Shown here in pieces: positions 9,440 to 20,113 of a DNA stretch of 32,607 bases (positions are counted from its first letter, which is position 1; each line of letters begins with the position of its first letter). Below the pieces are notes generated by a model. The model saw only the letters and a program-made list of their open reading frames with translations. It had not been told where the DNA came from and did not search any database. The translations under genes and the position numbers were made by a program. The stretch spans positions 1 through 32,607 of the forward strand of contig LT642214.1 in assembly GCA_900128585.1 (NCBI GenBank), in the 5' to 3' direction. The stretch is from Stramenopiles sp. TOSAG23-3. Lineage: Eukaryota.

Positions 9440-12400
9440 ATGGAAACTTCGGGGAAAACAAACAAGAAGAAAAAGAGGCGAGAGCCGGGATGCTGTTCGC
9501 AAGCAAATTTCTTATGGGTCTACCCGTACTTGATGATCGGGTACACAAAGTCTTTGACGGTAGACAAAATGCCTCCACTTTTTTCCAGGTTTGAATCGAA
9601 AGTCAGAACGGTGGAAGCGATAAATCATTTTGATAAAAACAAAGAAGACGGTGCACTTGCTAGACTAAAATCTACCTTTTGGTACCAAAACCGGTTTACC
9701 TTCAACGCTGGGCTCTGCGTGTCCGTTTGCCAAGGTTTGTTGAATAACCTCGGCCGGCCGTTGGTGTTGAAGCTTGTTATTGACGCGGCTATGCCCAGTA
9801 CTTCCCTGAGTTTCAGTCAAGCTGTATGGGTTGTTCTTCTCTTTGGTGCTGTCATTTTTTTGGAGGGTTTGTCCACCGTCAATGTCAGACAGATTTTGGC
9901 AAACGAGGTTGCTTCCAACATCTTGTCCTGGTTGATACCGCTCATTCATCAAAAGTCTATGCGGATTTCTTCTTCTAGTGGGCCGGCACTGAAGGGCGAC
10001 AAAAATGCATCCTCCACTAACGAAAGTGCAATTATAGGGAACGATCTTATTCGTGGGTTTTCGGAAGTGAAGTGGATGTGTAATTTGCCGCAAAATGTTG
10101 TTGGTTTCGTGGCCGGGATCACGGCCCTGGCGCTTCTGCTAGGTTGGAACTGTTTGGTTGGCATCCTAGTCATGGCGATAGTGCTGCTCATTAACTGGCA
10201 AGTCGCAAAATGCTCAGAAAAAATTACCAAACAAGAACTAACTGCGACAGATGCACGAATTGTTTCATTAAAGGAAGTGATTGGTGGCATTGAACAGGTG
10301 AAGTTTGGTGCATGGGAAGAACCTTATCTGAACCTCCTTGAAAAGAAGCGGCTTCTGGAGACCCATTATATTTTAAAGGCAAGACGGTATCAAATAGTGA
10401 ACATGGCCTTGGGCAGGTGCTGTCCTATTCTTGCCGGGTGTGCAACCTTCGTGTACATGGGTTTGACGCAAGGCGATAGCTTGACAGCCTCGCAGGTATT
10501 TGCCTCTTTAGCAGCATATAACAGTCTGCGCATGCCTTTAATAACGTTACCGATGAATTTGATTCAAATGTTTACGCTGAGAGTAACAGCACAGCGCTTG
10601 GCGAGTTACCTCGACAGTCCGGAGCAGCATCGAACTAACGCCGCAAACAGCGGCAGTAACGCAATTGTTCAGATTAAAGACGCCACTATAGGTTGGGGAA
10701 AGTGCGATGGGCGCGATTCAACGCATCGCAAGGATGGCGTCGCTGAATCTGCGCCCGAAGACCCCGGCTTAGAATCCTTCGAACGCTTTGTTTTGTTAAA
10801 TGTCAGCTTAAATATTGAAAGGCGAGGTACGGGAAATTTAGTCGCCATTGTTGGACAAGTCGGCTCGGGGAAATCCACTCTTATCAACGCAATGATTGGC
10901 ACCAATGCGTTAGACGCTGGTACGGTGGAAACTGTAGAATCCGTAGGCTACGTTCCTCAGAAACCGTTCGTACTCTCTGGAACTATCCTAAATAATATTC
11001 TTATGGGAAGAAAGTACGATGAAGCAAAAATCAAGGAAGCCATCTCTGCATCCGCTTTCCTGACAGATTTGAAGCTGATGGATTCTGGTGTGAACACGGA
11101 AGTGGGGGAACGTGGGACAACACTTTCTGGCGGGCAGCAGCAACGACTGGCGATTGCGCGGGCAGCGTACGGGGATCCAGAACTCCTGATCGTAGACGAT
11201 GCACTTGCGAGTGTTGATGGACACGTTGCAAATTCGATTTTTAAAAGCATTTGTATACAGAGAAAAAGTAAAGGGTTGACGACGGTCGTAGCCATTAACC
11301 AGTTACACTTTGTCCATAAATTTGACCATGTCATTTTTTTGAAAGGTGGTAAAATCGCTTCTCAGGGGACATACCAGAAAGTTTTTGAAGAAAACGAGGA
11401 CTTTCGTGGGTTGATTGCGTCGGGGGAAGAGGCAGAAGGTCAAGATATTGACCAGCTGGACGAAGGTGCGCCCCACGAAGCTCAACAAGCACCACATGAA
11501 TTGGGCAGCAACGAAGCCTTGACGACGGAAGCTTCCGCAGCAAAGCTCGTAAAGGAAGAGAAAATCAAGAAAGGTCTAGTTTCGGGCAGAGAAGTACTTA
11601 TGCCGTACTATAAAGGATTGGGGGGGCACTTTTATCCTGTTGGAGCACTCGTCTTTGCTGTCGCTGCCTATGCCCTGATGGCAGGGAGTGATCTGTGGCT
11701 TGCAAGCTGGATAACAGACATGAAAGATATTTCTACAGATGAAAACAGCAGCCGCGCTCTTGGCTACGCCGGATTGGCATTTCTTCAATTTCTCGGCGTC
11801 CTGTTTTTAAGTTTGTACAATGCTGTGAGTACAACAAAGGCCGCTAGGTTAATTCACAAGCTCACGATAACGCACCTCATGCATGCGCCTATGCGATGGT
11901 TTGAACGTACACCTAGTGGACGTATTTTATCCCGCTTTAGCGGAGATTTATCGCTAGTTGATCACGTATTTGCGTTCATAGTGGATGATATTTGGCATTT
12001 TTTCTTCATCATTGTGGCCTTCCTTGTCGTAATTGGACTAATTGTACCCCAAATTGTTCCGGTTCTGTTCTTCGCCACAATATTTTACTCCTTCGAAGTG
12101 GTCTCTGTAGACCGCTCGAATCGAGAAGTAAAACGGGCAAGCAACAATTCCTTGGGGCCAATCATGACATTGGTTCAAGAGACTGTTAATGGGCGGGCGC
12201 TGATACATGCAATGAAATTCCACAGTTTCTTCTCAGAGCAAATGTATTCCCATGTGAATGAATGGAGCAGATTTAACTACTTTGGTGCAACCATTATGAA
12301 TGCTGGAACCCACTTTGTGAACCCACTTTGTGAACATCCTTGCCTTTTTTATATCTGTTTCTGCAGCATCAGTTGTCCTTTTTAATCGAGACGACTTTCA

Positions 12401-14441
12401 AAACCCAGCCATGGTTGGCGTAGCGCTTGGCTATTCGTTTCTCTTGCCATACTTTCTCGGGCTCTTTGCCTTGATGATTCAAATGTTGCTGACAGCCGCA
12501 ACTTCATTGGAACGCATACTACAATATCAAAGCGACGAGGTACCACAAGCCCCGGCGTGGCACTTGAAACGGGATAAAGAGTTAGAACGAAAAGACTGGC
12601 CATCGGATGGAAATATTACGTACGAACACATGTCGTTGAAGTATAGACCGGAGCTGGAGCCCGCTGTAAAAGATGCCACGCTTACTATCCGTGCCCAAGA
12701 GAAAGTAGGTGTGATTGGCAGAACAGGCGCCGGAAAGTCCACACTCATGGTTGCACTCTTTCGCCTCTGTGATCCTTGCTCTGGGAAGATTTATGTAGAC
12801 GATGAGGACATCTCTAATATCGGTCTCCAGCATCTCCGCCAAAATATAGCAATCATTCCTCAGCGTTCTCTTATTTTGGAAGGATCCGTACGGCACAACT
12901 TAGACCCGTTTGACAAACATGAAGTGCAGAAGCTCTCCCAAGTCCTGGTTGACGTTGCCCTCTGCAAAGATGTTAAGGCTGCAGAAACCCTACTCCGTGT
13001 TGAAATTGGGCCAAATGCTAATTCAGGGCTGTCCGCAGGAGAGCAACAGCTTCTGTCAATAGCACGAGCATTGCTGCAACATCATGTGCGTGTGGTTATA
13101 ATGGATGAGCCCACTGCAAATATCGACATGCGCACTGATGAAATGGTCCAGCGCGTCATTCGAAAAGCTTTCAGCAAGTCCACGGTTATTACGATTGCGC
13201 ATAGATTGAACACAATTATAGACTTTGACAAAATTGTTGTAATGGACAAAGGTAGTGTGGTCGAGATTGGTGCTCCAGTAGATTTGCTGGACAACCCAGA
13301 CAGTTTCTTGTGCAACATGGTCACGGCCATGGGCAAAAAAGCGGCGGTGGCATTGAGGAAAAAGGCAAAAGATGCTGCTTTCCATCGCCAGGAGGAAAGA
13401 CCAGATCATAAAAATGACACGAGCGGCGGCAGCGGTGTAGAGTTTGTTGCTGATACTCAAGTTGAGGTTGTCGTTGTGAGGGAGGAGGAGTATGAAGTCA
13501 AAGTGACTGATGGTGATGACCTCAGCGCATACGAACGACGGTGCTGGCTAGACTTTGTGTCTAAATGTTTTGAAGCAAAAGGTACGCCAAGAACATTTTT
13601 CGAAGCTCAATTGAAACAGTTGCCAAAGCATACAATAATGTCGCTGGTCGATTCTACCGGCCACTGCCTGTCCACTCTATGCATATTTGAGGTTGAATTT
13701 CGAGAGTACCGAACAGCAGGAATAGGATCGGTTTGTACAAGTGAACGCCATCGAGGGAAAGGGTATGGATCGCATTTGCTGCAATACTCGAAGAGGTTTA
13801 TCGAAGAGTCCAATAGGTTCGATATCTGTCTGCTGCACTCTTCAAAGCCAAACCTGCAGCTTTTTTACGAAAAGTTAGGGTGGGCGAGGAAACTATGCGT
13901 GTCCTACGGGATGTGGAGGGTGGGAGCATCTGGTCCAGGGACACCTGGATCTAGCGTTAGAAAAGCGCTAGTGGGAGATCGACCTGCGATTGAATTATTG
14001 TACAATGATCAAGCAAGTAGAGCGTCAGATAGACTAATACAAAAACGTAGAAACAGAAGTGATTGGAATCATTGGTTCTTACATTTTCAGGAAGGCAGTC
14101 AAACAGAACTGCAAAATGTCTATGTTTTCGTTAGTGAAAATGTTGTTAAAGCTTACTGTGTCATCCAAAAATATAAAGAAAATTACCAAGTTGCTGAGTA
14201 CGCCAGCACCACGCAGAACCAAATAAAAACAATCGTTTCCTGCATTGTGCCTTCGAAAGGTGGTGCGAGTGCCGTTGTTCAGGTTCCTTATAAGATTTCC
14301 TGTGATTTGCATGAATGGGTTGACATAGAGGAGAGGCAGCAATTTGAAGATAGTGGTTGGAGGTACTTCTTGGTTGGAAAGGACGGTGCCGATCCCGACC
14401 TGGAAGATCAATTTTTTTGTTGGAGAACGGATAACTTTTGA
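9440..14441 (+). CDS. ABCC/MRP-type full ABC exporter (TMD1-NBD1-TMD2-NBD2) with a C-terminal Eis-like GNAT acetyltransferase; frameshifted at ~12306-12331
   Basis: NBD1: GQVGSGKST, LSGGQQQR, LIVDDALASVD. TMD2: FERTPSGRILSRFSGD. NBD2: GRTGAGKST, LSAGEQQL, IMDEPTANID, TIAHRLNTI. GNAT motif A: GIGSVCTSERHRGKGYG. Removing one copy of the 13-bp duplication joins ORFs 9353..12385 and 12330..14441 into 1662 aa from ATG 9440. Confidence 0.9.
12306..12331 (+). repeat. 13-bp perfect tandem duplication causing the ABCC frameshift
   Basis: GAACCCACTTTGT x2 (12306-12318, 12319-12331). A single copy gives the in-frame peptide NAGTHFVNILAFF. Confidence 0.95.
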
Positions 14442-14654
14442 ATAAATATCCCAGCAGGACGAGACTCCAACTGGCACGCCAACGACCCTCAACCATTGCA
14501 TTGCCAACCGAATCTTCACCATCGGAACAGCACCCACAAATGCCGATTACGCACACCGACTTAAACGACCCTCCCCCGACACCTCAACTCACAAATGACA
14601 ATTCCCTGACTGGTGTACAAGACAGACAATGAACACTATTAAAATATTCACGTC

Positions 14655-15035
14655 GCTGCTTAGAAATCACACAATGACTGATTCATTTACGAGTGAGACG
14701 TCGGATGATGAAGTTGACTATGGGTCTTTTGACATCGACGCAATTCCACACACCGATTCGGATCAATGCATGGAGTACACGTGAGAATGATAATCAAGAC
14801 TAGGTGACAAGACAAGAAAATTGGCTGTTATTTTTAAGTAATTAAAATTTAGCTTCCTCATATACCGCGAAAATGAATCTACTCAGCATTTGTCCATTAG
14901 AAGTCCTTTACATTCCTTCATGTACTGCGAAATGATCTCTATTGTGATTTTAGTAATCAATAATACCCTTGTCACTCACCTAGTCTTAACTATCATTTTT
15001 CCATGTGTGCTAATTACTTAAAAATTAAAAACAAG
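14655..15035. mobile_element. Remnants of an unclassified repeat family (family A): a + copy at 14655-14811 and a tail-to-tail - copy at 14811-15008
   Basis: 14655-14811 aligns by eye with the reverse complement of ~27360-27516. 14941-15008 aligns directly with 27321-27390 and is an inverted match to 14777-14811. 14812-14880 matches 27601-27660. Confidence 0.7.
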
Positions 15036-15266
15036 TTAGGTTTAGTGGCATTTAGGGTTGGAACAGAAATCGTAATTGATATAAAGAGAGCGTCTTAATA
15101 AATATAAATTTTTTTTTTCTTAAAAATAATAAATATTAAATAACAACAGCCAACTTTTTGTTTTTATTATTGAAGAAGATAAATTTTAATCACTTTAAAT
15201 TACTGCCAATTTTTTTTTTAAGAAAGACTTTTTACGAACTTAGTAATTCCAATCTATGTCGTAAAC

Positions 15267-16385
15267 TTAATTACGTTGAGCCCCGTTCGGATAATTTTGC
15301 CTCCTGTCGTTGCCATAGTCATTGCGATGCCAGTCATTTGACTTGTTCCCTCTGGCATTGCCATCACCGTGCCGATCACCATACCATTGGCGTTTATTCC
15401 CTGGTTGCTCTGGCCAGCGCCGATGCCCACTTCTGTTCCTATTGGGCGGATTCCCATGACGCTGAGTGTCATCGCGTGATCCATCGAAAGTCCATCTCCG
15501 GCGCTCATGCTTGTTTCTATTGGGTTGATTCCCACGACGCTGAGTGTCATAACCATCAAGTCGCCTATCATAGTAGTCACCACGCTCACTGGGGAGAAGA
15601 AATGGCGATTTTTTCCGTGGTTGCTCTGTCCATCTCCGGCGCTCATGCGTGTTTCTATTGGATTGATTCCCACGACGCTGAGTGCCATAACCATGGAATT
15701 GCCTATCATAGTAGTCACCACGCTGCCGCTTTTTAAATGGGTTCCCTGTGGAATTACCTTCACCTTGCCTATCATCATACCGTTGGCGTTTATGTCCCGG
15801 CTTTTCTTTCCAGCGTCGACGCTCACTTCCGTTTCTATCTGGTGTGTTTCCACCGTGTCGATCTTTCTTTTTCACTGGTTTATTCCCACAACGTTGATCC
15901 TTCTTTTTCACTTGATCTTTGTTGCCACGGTTTTGCTTTTTATGCTTGTGTTTCCCCCTATTTTTTTCTTGGACTCCAACTATCACCAGCTTTTCTTGTC
16001 CAGGTGGAAGGGCAAAAATACCGCCAAGCCCAAGTTGGACATCAACAGTAGTTCTTCTTTTTCCCCCTTTACGACCAGGGCTAATAATCCTTTTCCCTTT
16101 CAAGGGAGCCTTTTTCTCCGGATTGAGCCCATAGTTGAAATAATTAACAGTGTTGGGCGCATCTGTAACTAAAGGTTTGGCCTTGGCTTTTGGAACCACA
16201 TTTGAAGCTTTTCCCCCCTTCCTCTCATTGTTGCCCTTGTTCTTCGTGCATGTGTTCTTCGTGCCCGTGTTCTTCTTGCTCTTATTTTTCAAAACAGCAG
16301 GTCGCGCTACGGGACAAGGTATAGATGTACGTTGAGGGTTCCATATTTTCTCTTCCTCATCGTCTGTTTCAGAACCACTGGACAT
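15267..16385 (-). CDS. Hypothetical low-complexity protein: K-rich N half, R/G/D/Y/N repeat C half
   Basis: 372-aa ATG-initiated ORF between AT-rich spacers. Repeats such as RGDYYDRR.DGYDTQRRGNQPNRNKHERRRW, with two near-identical units 138 bp apart (15491 and 15629). Confidence 0.75.
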   Translation of the reverse strand: MSSGSETDDEEEKIWNPQRTSIPCPVARPAVLKNKSKKNTGTKNTCTKNKGNNERKGGKASNVVPKAKAKPLVTDAPNTVNYFNYGLNPEKKAPLKGKRIISPGRKGGKRRTTVDVQLGLGGIFALPPGQEKLVIVGVQEKNRGKHKHKKQNRGNKDQVKKKDQRCGNKPVKKKDRHGGNTPDRNGSERRRWKEKPGHKRQRYDDRQGEGNSTGNPFKKRQRGDYYDRQFHGYGTQRRGNQSNRNTHERRRWTEQPRKKSPFLLPSERGDYYDRRLDGYDTQRRGNQPNRNKHERRRWTFDGSRDDTQRHGNPPNRNRSGHRRWPEQPGNKRQWYGDRHGDGNARGNKSNDWHRNDYGNDRRQNYPNGAQRN

Positions 16386-17179
16386 CCTTTTAAAATCTTT
16401 TTGAAACTGTCAGTTTGAAAGAGCAAAAAAAATTTTAAAGTTCGTATGTTCTTGTGTTGAACCATTGCCTTTAAGTATTTCATTGCAATATTGTATAGTC
16501 TAGCAGAAAATGTCGAATCTACTAGTCGTCTAAACAATAGTTAACTCAAAATTCAAAAATCAAATTATTGTTATTAGTCGTGTTGTCGTCTAAATATAAT
16601 AATCATCTGACATTCCATTCTTCTCATTATTATTATACACATTCGATTTTTTCCAGTTCATTTTTTCTTTACAGATGATGCTGTACTTCTGTACGTAATA
16701 GTCAGTCTACCCAAAAAAAAGAATCGGCTGTACCGGTGTTACCTGTACGAGGAGAACCGTATAATATAACCTGGGCACGCACTCGCATACGAAGAATAAC
16801 AATATAGATAAATAGACCGGTACGAGGATCAAGAATCAAGAAGAAAGCCGCCACCCGCAAAATCGCAAAATCATTCTTCTCCTTTTCTTCTTCGCATCAT
16901 CATCATCTCTTTTTTATTATACTGGTATTTTATTGATACTAGCTTTAGCTTGACATACGAGTATATATCTCCTACTACAAACAATTATTCTCTCATTGAT
17001 AGTCTATATAATCTAACCATCGCAACCTCTTCGTTCTCTATACTTTACTTTAATCTTAGTGAGATTACCAACAATTCGTGATCTTTGCATATATGTTTCT
17101 CGGAATTGAATCTATCAGGAAGTGTGGCAAATTTATACTTTCACCAACTTGGTAAAAGAACAACATCGAGCCTTACACT

Positions 17180-18475
17180 ATGGCAGCCTTGGCCACGAAG
17201 GGGGCAGACGAACATGTTTTGGGAAAAGAGAAGGTGGAGGAATATATGAACCGAAAATTCACAAGCGAGGAAAAAAAGCACCTTCACAGTCCGAATTTTT
17301 CTTCGATGAGCCCGCTGCAGAAAGATGTCCTCGCTGTGATGAAGATAGCCTTACAAGAGGAATTTTCGAAGATCGAAAACAAAGACTCTGACTTGCTTCA
17401 GGACAATCGTATCTATCGGTTTCTCCAAGGCCAGCTGTTCAACCTAAAAGACGGCGTGGCATTCATGAAGAAAGCGATAGCATGGCGGTCTGAAAGTAGC
17501 GTAGAGAACATAGCCAGCAACATCCGCTCCAAAAAAGAGGAGGGTGACTCATTTATGCGGATTGAGAAGGCTCCTTTTTGGAAAGAGGTTAGCCCCGTGT
17601 ACCCTTCGATTTCCTTCTTTGAAGGGTTTGCCTCGGACGTTCATTTTCAGCATGATAAAGAGGGCCACCCACTTATTATTAACCAGCTTGGAATGTCTGA
17701 CATTTCTACCATTTCGGATGGCTCCCTAAAAGAGGAGGAGATGGTACTGTTCATGACGCATTTAGCAGAGATGCGGGCGCTACATTTGTCGAAACTGTCC
17801 CAAGAGCGCCAGGAAATAGTGAGGTGTTTCTGCCTGCAAGATCTTAATGGGCTAGGGCTGAAGCACCTTGCATCGAAACCAAGGTATTTTATAAAACTGT
17901 TCATAAGCATTATGTCCGATTGCTACCCAGAGATAATGGCAAAGATTCGTATAATAAACGCCCCTTGGGCGTTCTCGATGGCGTGGACTATGGTAAAGCC
18001 ATGGTTGCCGGAACGGACCATAAAGAAAATAAAAGTCCTTGGAAGCAATTACCAGGACGAGCTGCTAGAAGAATTTGACCCGGTCCAATTGCCGAAAGCA
18101 TACGGGGGAACGTTGGACGTTCGTCTGCCAGCCTTGGTGCCAGCGGATAGCGACGTGGATGCCGTTACTGTTAGCCGGTCTTCGCAAGAGACCATTTCAT
18201 TTCCTGTTAAACGCGACGCATCATTCTCTTTTAAGTTTCAGTGTGACGCGGGTGATATCAACGTGAAGGTGGAGTTCTCACGCTCAGGTGATGTCACTAA
18301 GCCGACACTTCTCAACAGTATGGAAAGGAAATCCATGAGTTCAACAGAAATCAAAGTACCTTCCGATGCGGATGGAAACCTGTCGGTCACTTTTGATAAC
18401 ACATTCAGCTGGGTCAAGAGCAAAACCGTGCGGTACAGTTTTGTCGAAGAAAGAAGTAGCCCTACAAAGCTCTAA
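17180..18475 (+). CDS. SEC14-like CRAL-TRIO lipid-binding protein with a C-terminal GOLD domain
   Basis: CRAL-TRIO segments IYRFLQGQLFNL, HDKEGHPL, QDLNGLGLKHL, DCYPEIMAKIRIINAPWAFSMAWTMVKPWLPERT, QLPKAYGG. GOLD-type end TFDNTFSWVKSKTVRY. Confidence 0.92.
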   Translation: MAALATKGADEHVLGKEKVEEYMNRKFTSEEKKHLHSPNFSSMSPLQKDVLAVMKIALQEEFSKIENKDSDLLQDNRIYRFLQGQLFNLKDGVAFMKKAIAWRSESSVENIASNIRSKKEEGDSFMRIEKAPFWKEVSPVYPSISFFEGFASDVHFQHDKEGHPLIINQLGMSDISTISDGSLKEEEMVLFMTHLAEMRALHLSKLSQERQEIVRCFCLQDLNGLGLKHLASKPRYFIKLFISIMSDCYPEIMAKIRIINAPWAFSMAWTMVKPWLPERTIKKIKVLGSNYQDELLEEFDPVQLPKAYGGTLDVRLPALVPADSDVDAVTVSRSSQETISFPVKRDASFSFKFQCDAGDINVKVEFSRSGDVTKPTLLNSMERKSMSSTEIKVPSDADGNLSVTFDNTFSWVKSKTVRYSFVEERSSPTKL

Positions 18476-18529
18476 GGTGCTTCTGTAACGTGAAGTTCGT
18501 ACTTAGTACGAAGGAGTAGATTCGTATTA

Positions 18530-18812
18530 GGACCTTATTAAAAAAAAAATATATATATAGTATGTTTTAAGACTCTCATTTTAAATGAAATACTACTTCA
18601 AATCCAACCCTAATATAAAAAAAAACTGATTATATAGTATGTTTTAAGACTCTCAAGATTATCTCAATTGTAAGATCAATTCGTGACTATGACTACGATA
18701 TTGTACCATACGATCCTGAGCCCAATCATAATCCTCATAACTACGTAACCCTAATATATCCTATCTCGATTTTTTAATTTGATTTTTTAACTTAATTTCG
18801 GACCTTATTAAA
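18530..18812. mobile_element. 257-bp insertion (family B) flanked by the 13-bp direct repeat GGACCTTATTAAA
   Basis: Direct repeats at 18530-18542 and 18800-18812. The insert contains two copies of TATATAGTATGTTTTAAGACTCTCA (18554-18578, 18631-18655) and two AACCCTAATATA. Confidence 0.6.
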
Positions 18813-19015
18813 TACAAAAGTAACAATTTATTTTAAACTTTAGACAATATCTAAATATAACAGCACTTTATAATTTGTTTTTTTCTAATAAATAACAGCA
18901 TATGATATGATAAGTTCAGCGCACAGAGGTAAATTGGGATGATCCCAAAGAAAAAAGCGAGGACAAAAATAAGGATATTTACAAATTGCGGGTGCTGAAA
19001 AGTATGAATCTGCAG

Positions 19016-20113
19016 TCAAGTGGATAAATCAAATTCGAACACTAACGCGTTGTGATCACTAAGCTGGCGATAAGGCTCAGCAGGTGTCAAAAAAGGCTCT
19101 ACTTTGCACGAACGAACAACAGCGCTGCTCGTACACGAACTTTTGCTCTCGTTGGACGGATTTACAAGGAAACAATAGTCTAGTCGCTGACTTGCCCAGA
19201 AAGTCGCTTCAGTATCGCCGGGCACGTCCTCGCTTTCTAGGAACATGGCAGACCGTACTTCTGTTTGCCCATTCTTCTGCCACTCGTACGGGCATGTGGT
19301 AGAAACATGTTCCCCCCCATACGCTTCAAAAAATACATCTGTAACTGCCCCAGCCTTTAATTCACCAAAAGTTTTTTCGAGACTGCTTGTCAAATGCTGG
19401 TACTCACTCTGGACAACGCCGTCATGCCCCTCATTCACGAGGGTGTTAATGTTAAAATCTCCAGTAATTATGACGGGGCCCGAAAGCTTCTTTTCGTCGA
19501 ACACGGATGACACAAAACTGCAAAGTTCATCTACTTGACTCTTTTTGACCTGCGAGGAAGCGTCATCAGCCGTAAACGTGTACGATGCCTGGGTGTGAGT
19601 CGAGAACACATTCAAAAAGGCAGGCGTCCCGGACTCCTGTCCAACCAACACCTTCGAGTAAAGCACTCCTTTTTTGGCAAGCTTGTCACTTTCGCAGCCT
19701 CGGGTAAATGCCACAAATTTTTCTTCCACAATGTTATGCTTGGACAAGGTTACAAGCCCTCCGTCAATCACCTTGAACCCACCGGCAGTAAAACAAGAGC
19801 ATATAAGACTAGGAATTGGACATTTTGAATGGTACTCGAACTTGTGCAAACGCTTGGCGTTGGCGATGAACTTTTCCCTTCGACTGGTATAGCTCCCGAA
19901 CAGTTCTTGTAAGCACACGATATCAAAGTCTGCGATGGTTTCTTCCACAATTTTTTTGCTCCTGGCGTCTTTGTAGTCTGTACTCGAACCTACTGGGGGA
20001 GGCCTCAGGAACGTGTTGTAAGAAAGGAGTCTTATCCTCCGGCTACCCCCCTCCGGACCTCTCTGCAACGTTGCGTCAACGTCCTCTGCACTACTTCCGT
20101 TACCTGACGACAT
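19016..20113 (-). CDS. Endonuclease/exonuclease/phosphatase (EEP) family enzyme, neutral sphingomyelinase-like
   Basis: Motifs LLSYNTFLRPP, DIVCLQELF, DGGLVTLSKH, KGVLY, STHTQA, ITGDFN, RLDYCF, LSDH. First ATG is at 20113; the ORF track starts at a TTG (20158). Confidence 0.88.
   Translation of the reverse strand: MSSGNGSSAEDVDATLQRGPEGGSRRIRLLSYNTFLRPPPVGSSTDYKDARSKKIVEETIADFDIVCLQELFGSYTSRREKFIANAKRLHKFEYHSKCPIPSLICSCFTAGGFKVIDGGLVTLSKHNIVEEKFVAFTRGCESDKLAKKGVLYSKVLVGQESGTPAFLNVFSTHTQASYTFTADDASSQVKKSQVDELCSFVSSVFDEKKLSGPVIITGDFNINTLVNEGHDGVVQSEYQHLTSSLEKTFGELKAGAVTDVFFEAYGGEHVSTTCPYEWQKNGQTEVRSAMFLESEDVPGDTEATFWASQRLDYCFLVNPSNESKSSCTSSAVVRSCKVEPFLTPAEPYRQLSDHNALVFEFDLST

Noticed and set aside
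14445-14640. C/A-rich island and 64-aa ORF right after the ABCC-GNAT stop (possible readthrough)
   Set aside because: The GNAT ends with a plausible terminal DxF, an in-frame extension has no recognisable motif, and I saw no SECIS-like hairpin.
15036-15060. TTAGG/TTTAGGG telomere-like words
   Set aside because: Only one perfect unit; not an array.
15340-15860. Spaced repeats as a possible CRISPR array
   Set aside because: They are degenerate in-frame coding repeats in a eukaryotic gene, with no unique spacers or cas genes.
18496-18512. 8-bp inverted repeat TTCGTACT-T-AGTACGAA after the SEC14 stop
   Set aside because: Short with a 1-nt loop; bacterial-type terminators are not expected here and chance is plausible.
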